A DNA stretch of 64,000 nucleotides from a virus, in the IMG/VR virus record IMGVR_UViG_3300035698_010466, positions 1 through 64,000 of that record, one strand, 5' to 3'. Within the stretch, counting starts at the first letter, position 1. Each line of letters starts with the position of its first letter. Below the pieces are notes generated by a model that saw nothing but the letters and a program-made list of their open reading frames with translations, was not told the DNA's origin and did no database searches. Both the position numbers and the translations under genes were made by a program. Positions 58,896-64,000 of the stretch are shown in pieces.

Positions 58896-60531
58896 TAAAA
58901 TAAGAATAAATTTTTCACATCATTATACCCGACATATTTTAAAAGCTTTAAAAACTACAGGCGGAGATATTGAACATGATCCTAATATTCCACCTGAATT
59001 TATATATGTTAATGATGAGCTTGTTGGATACATTGCATGGTGGGATTCTCTTAAATTTACATCCGCAAATCTTAAAGCAATGGGGGAAAATGATTTTAAA
59101 ATAATTTTTAAATTTCATTATAGTCCTAATGTTATGGATTATTCAATATATGGTAAATATGAAGATAGAATAGTTCCATGTGGATTATGGCGGACTTGGG
59201 AAACTGATGATCCTAATTATAAATGGGATAAGAATAATATAATGGAAAGACCAAGACCTATTGATGTTACTGCTCAAATGAGACATATTAATAATAATAA
59301 AAAATGGTACCCATGGTCGCATATTAGATTAAAACTTAAGAACCTTGCTAAAGCTATGAATGATAAGGGATTTAATACTTCATTTAAAATAATAGATAGA
59401 AAGGTTTATGAAAAAAAATTATTAGATACAAATACGGCATTCATCTGGAGTGCGACAGCATACTTAGGTTGGAAGATATGTGAATTTTTGGAACAAGGTG
59501 TCATAATGATAACTGAACCGCTAGGTAAAGATTATCCTTTATGTAATGGCGTTGTACTAGAGGATGATGTACATTGCGTATTTTGTAATGATCCTGACCA
59601 ATTTGAAAATGTTGCTAAACAATTATTAGCAGACCCAAATAGAATAAAGAGAATAAGAAAAAATATTTTAGATCTTTGGGAAGATAAACTAACACAATCA
59701 CATATTGGAAATTGGTATATGAATAAAATTATAGAAACTTATGAAGATCTTAAATTGGAGCCTGTTATAAATATTTCATGGTGGAATAAAAATGGTAAAA
59801 ATTGGGGAGATGCCCTTAATCCTATTTTAGCTCGATATATATCCGGTAAACAAATTAATTGGATTAAGACAGGTGATTCTAGTGATGTATCACGATTTTA
59901 TTGTATAGGAAGTATTTTACAATCAACTATGTCTAAGAATAGTGAAATATGGGGGACAGGATTAATGAGAGCTGAACATAAAATAAAAGTTAAACCTAAA
60001 AAGATACACGCAGTAAGAGGGCCTTTAACTAGAAAAAGTCTAATTGAACAAGGAATTGAATGTCCTGAAGTTTATGGAGATCCTGCCTTACTATATCCAC
60101 GATTTTATAATCCTGATATAGAAAAACAATATAAGTGGGGAATCATACCACATTATATAGATCAGAAAGTACCATGGTTAGATAGATTCAAAAATATGGA
60201 AAATGTTAAAATTATAAACATATTAGATCCTATCAATAAAGTAGTAGATGAAGTAAAGAGTTGTGAATTAATCATATCAAGCACCCTTCATGGAATCATA
60301 ATAGGTGATGCTTATGATATACCTTCTAAATGGATTTTACTTTCGAACAAAGTTGGTGGTGGTGGTTTTAAATTTAGAGATTATTTTGCATCTGTAAAAA
60401 GAACTGATGCCGAACCTATTATATGTAAACCTGATCTTAGATTAAAAGATATTGAACGCCAATTTGTTGATTATAAAATAGACATTGATTTAGATTTACT
60501 TTATAAGTCATGTCCATTTAAACGTAAATAA
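58875..60531 (+). CDS. glycosyltransferase-like domain fused to a polysaccharide pyruvyl transferase (true start probably 58875; 1-nt indel)
   Basis: Frame open upstream of 59080; C-terminal half is a paralogue of the 58104 gene. Confidence 0.7.
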
Positions 60532-60538
60532 ATTAATA

Positions 60539-61312
60539 ATGATAATAGATGATTACTTAAATATAAATGTTAATATTGAAGCTGCTTTATCTTTAATTAA
60601 AGATAAAATAGTAAACAAAATTCCTTTTGCTTTCACGAGATATGGTGATGGGGAAATTCGTATATTAAATAATAGAGGTAATATAGAATTTAAACATAGA
60701 ATAGCAAAAAGATATTCATACGCAAACGAAAATTGGTCTGCTGCTTATAAAGATGCTAGAAATATTTTAGTAGATACATTAAATCATTCAGATTTAATAG
60801 GTTTATTTGATAATAATGGTATACTTAAAGGTAAAATGAAAGTAAATAAACATGATTGGTCACTTAAGAAAACACATCTAAAAAGTTTAGGTATACATAA
60901 TGTAGATAATTTTATGATTTGTGATCATCAATTACCTAGAGGAAAATCTTTAGGAAATATTTATCAATTTAAAAAGATTTTAAATGGTAATAGTCTTTGT
61001 ATAATTTCCCCACATACAGATAAATTACAAAAAAATATTGGGACAATATTAGAAGCTGATGTAAGTTATATGAAGTGGCCTATGCCTTTAAATATTAAAA
61101 ATAGAATTCATTTATTTAAAGAATTAGATAATATAAAATCTGATGTAGTTATTTTTGGAGTAAGCCAAGGTGGGAAGGATATTGGAACATATCTCAAAAC
61201 TCATGGAAAGGTTTGCCTTGATTTTGGTGCAACATTAGATGGGTGGGCTGGCATCATTTCTAGGAAGTGGTTTAATTCCGATGGGGTTCAACATCATTGT
61301 GTAATAAAATAA
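60539..61312 (+). CDS. GT-D fold glycosyltransferase-like
   Basis: FTRYGDGE, LDFG. Confidence 0.65.
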   Translation: MIIDDYLNINVNIEAALSLIKDKIVNKIPFAFTRYGDGEIRILNNRGNIEFKHRIAKRYSYANENWSAAYKDARNILVDTLNHSDLIGLFDNNGILKGKMKVNKHDWSLKKTHLKSLGIHNVDNFMICDHQLPRGKSLGNIYQFKKILNGNSLCIISPHTDKLQKNIGTILEADVSYMKWPMPLNIKNRIHLFKELDNIKSDVVIFGVSQGGKDIGTYLKTHGKVCLDFGATLDGWAGIISRKWFNSDGVQHHCVIK

Positions 61313-61320
61313 TTTAAAAT

Positions 61321-62163
61321 ATGTTTTTTATATTAGGAAATCCTAGATCAGGTACAACATTACTTAGAGTAATATTACATTCTCATGAGAACATAATTGT
61401 TCCACCTGAATGTGGATTTTTAACCTGGCTTTATAAAGATTATTATGATTGGACTAAAAATGATAGTAGATTATATTCATTTATAGATGATTTGAAAGCT
61501 GCTAAAAAAATGGAAACTTGGTCATATGACTATAATTTATTTAAAGAAAATGCTTTGTTGCTGAATCCTAAAAACTACGCTGAATTAGCAACAATTGTAT
61601 ACGAATCATACGCTGAACATTTAGGTAAAAATAAAGTTACATTAATTGGTGATAAGAATAATTATTATATAGATGAACCTGAAATATTATATGAAATTTA
61701 TAACGATGCTAAGTTTATCCATTTAATTAGAGATGGTAGAGATGTTGCATGTTCATATAAAGAATTAAATTCAAGGAAAGTAGATGAAAATTATTACCCA
61801 AATCTTCCAAATGAAATAGCAGAAATTTCTAAAGATTGGAATAAAAATTTATCTACTATAAATAATTTTTTTACAAAGTCTGGTTGTAATTATATTGAAA
61901 TAAGATATACTGATTTAATATGTGATACTGAAAATACATTAAATGATATATGTAAATTTCTTGATATTGATTATGATGTTAAAATGTTAAATTATACTGA
62001 TGATAAAACAGAGCCATCAAATTTCGATAGTTGGAAAGGTAACATTAAGAAACCGATTTTTAACAATGTTGGTAGATTTAAAATGGAATTAACAAAGGAT
62101 GAAATTTCATTATTTGAATCTTTTTCATTGCAATATTTACAACAATATAATTTTATAAAATAA
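61321..62163 (+). CDS. sulfotransferase
   Basis: GNPRSGTTLL (PAPS loop), IRDGRDVA.S. Confidence 0.85.
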   Translation: MFFILGNPRSGTTLLRVILHSHENIIVPPECGFLTWLYKDYYDWTKNDSRLYSFIDDLKAAKKMETWSYDYNLFKENALLLNPKNYAELATIVYESYAEHLGKNKVTLIGDKNNYYIDEPEILYEIYNDAKFIHLIRDGRDVACSYKELNSRKVDENYYPNLPNEIAEISKDWNKNLSTINNFFTKSGCNYIEIRYTDLICDTENTLNDICKFLDIDYDVKMLNYTDDKTEPSNFDSWKGNIKKPIFNNVGRFKMELTKDEISLFESFSLQYLQQYNFIK

Positions 62164-62173
62164 AACAATAATA

Positions 62174-62758
62174 ATGAACATTAACAACGAGATAAAAACC
62201 GATAATCAATTTAATTTTTCTGGTTTTTATAAGCAGATAGTTGAAGAAAATCCAAAATTTAAACGGTTTATAGAAATTGGGGTATATAAAGGGCATTCTA
62301 TTACATACTTAGGACAACTTTTGCTCAATAGATCAGACGCTGAATTATACGCAGTTGATTTATGGGATGATAGTTATATTTGGAATGATGATTTTAGTAA
62401 ATTACCAAATAATTATAAAAAATATAAACAAGAAATAAAACCTTATTTATTTGAGATTTATAAAGCACATTTAAAACTTAAAGGGTTGGATAAATTCATA
62501 CAAACAATTAAAGGATTTTCCGATAAAGTTGCTGTATATTTTACTGATGAATATTTTGATTTTGTATTTATCGATGCTGATCATACTTATGATCAGGTAA
62601 AAAAGGATATACTTGCATGGTTACCAAAAGTTAAATCTGGTGGGATTATTGCAGGTCATGATTATGGAAATAAAGGAACTGGCGTTAAACGCGCGGTAGA
62701 TGAAATATTTACAAAAACTGAACATTTTAAAAATGTATGGTATAAAAAAATAAAATAA
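62174..62758 (+). CDS. class I SAM methyltransferase (Methyltransf_24-like)
   Basis: IEIGVYKG.S, VFIDADHTY, GGIIAGHDY. Confidence 0.85.
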   Translation: MNINNEIKTDNQFNFSGFYKQIVEENPKFKRFIEIGVYKGHSITYLGQLLLNRSDAELYAVDLWDDSYIWNDDFSKLPNNYKKYKQEIKPYLFEIYKAHLKLKGLDKFIQTIKGFSDKVAVYFTDEYFDFVFIDADHTYDQVKKDILAWLPKVKSGGIIAGHDYGNKGTGVKRAVDEIFTKTEHFKNVWYKKIK

Positions 62759-62760
62759 AT

Positions 62761-63390
62761 ATGGCTAACGGAATTTATAAAATAACAGAAGACTTTGAAA
62801 AGGCAATAGGTAAGTATACAGGTGCTCCTTATGTCGTAAGTGTAGATAATGCATCTAATGCAATTTTTTTATCTTTAATGTATGAAAATATTACCGGTAA
62901 AGAAATTACAATACCTGCTAGAACATACCCATCAGTACCATGTGAAATTATTCATGCAGGTGGGACTGTTAAATTTGATGAATTAAAAGAAACTCATATA
63001 ACTGGAGCATATCAAATAAAACCAACAAAGGTATGGGATTCGGCACTAAGATTTACTACGAATATGTATATTCATGATACTCATATGTGTCTTTCATTTA
63101 CAGGTCCGTATAAACATTTTAAATTATCTAAAGGTGGTGCAATATTAACAGATTCATTAGATGCATATAATTGGTTTAAACGAGCAAGATATAGTGGCAG
63201 AAAAGAATGTTCATATCATGATGATGATTTTGATATGTTGGGTTGGAATTTTTATATGATGCCGGAATTAGCAGCTAGAGGATTATTACTTATGAATCAA
63301 TTTTATAATAGTGATGGTTCTCCAAAACATAATGAAGATTTGACTTTAAAATATCCTGATTTATCAAAATTTAAAATATATAGTACTTAA
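62761..63390 (+). CDS. short DegT/DnrJ-family sugar aminotransferase
   Basis: FEKAI..Y.GAPY.V, DSA, SF...K....KGGAI, GWNFYM. Confidence 0.7.
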   Translation: MANGIYKITEDFEKAIGKYTGAPYVVSVDNASNAIFLSLMYENITGKEITIPARTYPSVPCEIIHAGGTVKFDELKETHITGAYQIKPTKVWDSALRFTTNMYIHDTHMCLSFTGPYKHFKLSKGGAILTDSLDAYNWFKRARYSGRKECSYHDDDFDMLGWNFYMMPELAARGLLLMNQFYNSDGSPKHNEDLTLKYPDLSKFKIYST

Positions 63391-63444
63391 AATTAACATT
63401 AAACAAATTAAATAATTTAAGTATAAATATAAATAAGAAATTAT

Positions 63445-63735
63445 ATGAATCAACAAAATATTGATTTAACTAAAACAACCGCAGTAACATGCGAAGAATG
63501 TGGGTCTGTTAAATTCAGACCATTTTTCTTTATAAGAAAATTAAGTAGGTTTGTATCTCCTGATGGAAAAGATACAGTTATTCCTATAGATTCATTAGAA
63601 TGTGCAAAATGTGGACATGTCAATAAAGAGTTCACACCTAACATTCCAGATATCTATGGCACATATGAATCTGGACAAAAGGTAGTTAAAGAAGAACCAA
63701 AAACTGAAAGTAAAATTACATTAGAAAACAAATAA
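63445..63735 (+). CDS. zinc-ribbon hypothetical protein
   Basis: CEECG...CAKCGH. Confidence 0.6.
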   Translation: MNQQNIDLTKTTAVTCEECGSVKFRPFFFIRKLSRFVSPDGKDTVIPIDSLECAKCGHVNKEFTPNIPDIYGTYESGQKVVKEEPKTESKITLENK

Positions 63736-63746
63736 ATTTATAAAAA

Positions 63747-64000
63747 ATGGTTAAAGTAGAAAAGAAAGAAATAGAAGCACCTAAAGTGGTGTATAAAAAA
63801 AGCGAAGTATTAAAGGAACATAAAGAAGTTTCTGAAGCTAATGATAAACTCATTAAAGTTTCACAAGAAACTGAATATGAAATTACTTTAAAGAACAAAA
63901 AGATTTTTGATAGACTTATTAAGTTTTTAGAAAAGGATGCTCCATGGGGACATACCACAGCAACAGGTTTGATTATGTTATTTAATAACATGGCAGAACA
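63747..64000 (+). CDS. hypothetical protein, truncated by the window end
   Basis: Open frame MVKVEKKEIEAPK... Confidence 0.5.
   Translation, partial: MVKVEKKEIEAPKVVYKKSEVLKEHKEVSEANDKLIKVSQETEYEITLKNKKIFDRLIKFLEKDAPWGHTTATGLIMLFNNMAE

Noticed and set aside
1-64000. Genome-wide stop-codon reassignment
   Set aside because: Long genes are intact in code 11; TAA and TAG end genes normally, and the 41382 stop needs a frame change rather than readthrough.

Overview
AT-rich segment of a T4-like (myovirus) jumbo phage genome using the standard genetic code. The host is probably Bacteroidota, since genes have A-rich leaders without Shine-Dalgarno sites and promoters resemble TAnnTTTG. It contains the end of the major capsid gene, clamp loader, 5'-3' exonuclease, neck, TerS/TerL, GroES, tail sheath/tube, baseplate hub, tape measure, a DnaQ-type exonuclease, a tmRNA and an ~8 kb array of ~30 tRNAs covering all 20 amino acids. 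Also present are type II topoisomerase, nucleotide kinases, a dCMP-hydroxymethylase-like thymidylate synthase homologue, an ECF-type sigma factor, PhoH, endolysin and two glycan-modification clusters. The top finding is that two unrelated P-loop kinase genes (24328 and 41322) are each interrupted inside the Walker A motif by the same architecture: a GC-rich 37-39 nt hairpin, one codon, an in-frame TAA, and a 6- or 7-nt gap whose last triplet can G.U-wobble pair with the tRNA of the codon before the stop. Skipping the gap restores a perfect GxxxxGK motif in both, which suggests a compact programmed ribosomal bypassing (hopping) element. Other unusual items: two fractured genes joined by split inteins (one atypically split), a ~200-nt minimal RNase P RNA, an HDV-like ribozyme behind tandem rrn-like promoters with boxA, a circularly permuted tRNA-Leu inside a TACAGCAA RNA family, and several rearranged tRNAs. 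Scattered 1-2 nt frameshifts are probably sequencing errors. All calls are by-eye inference; no searches were run.
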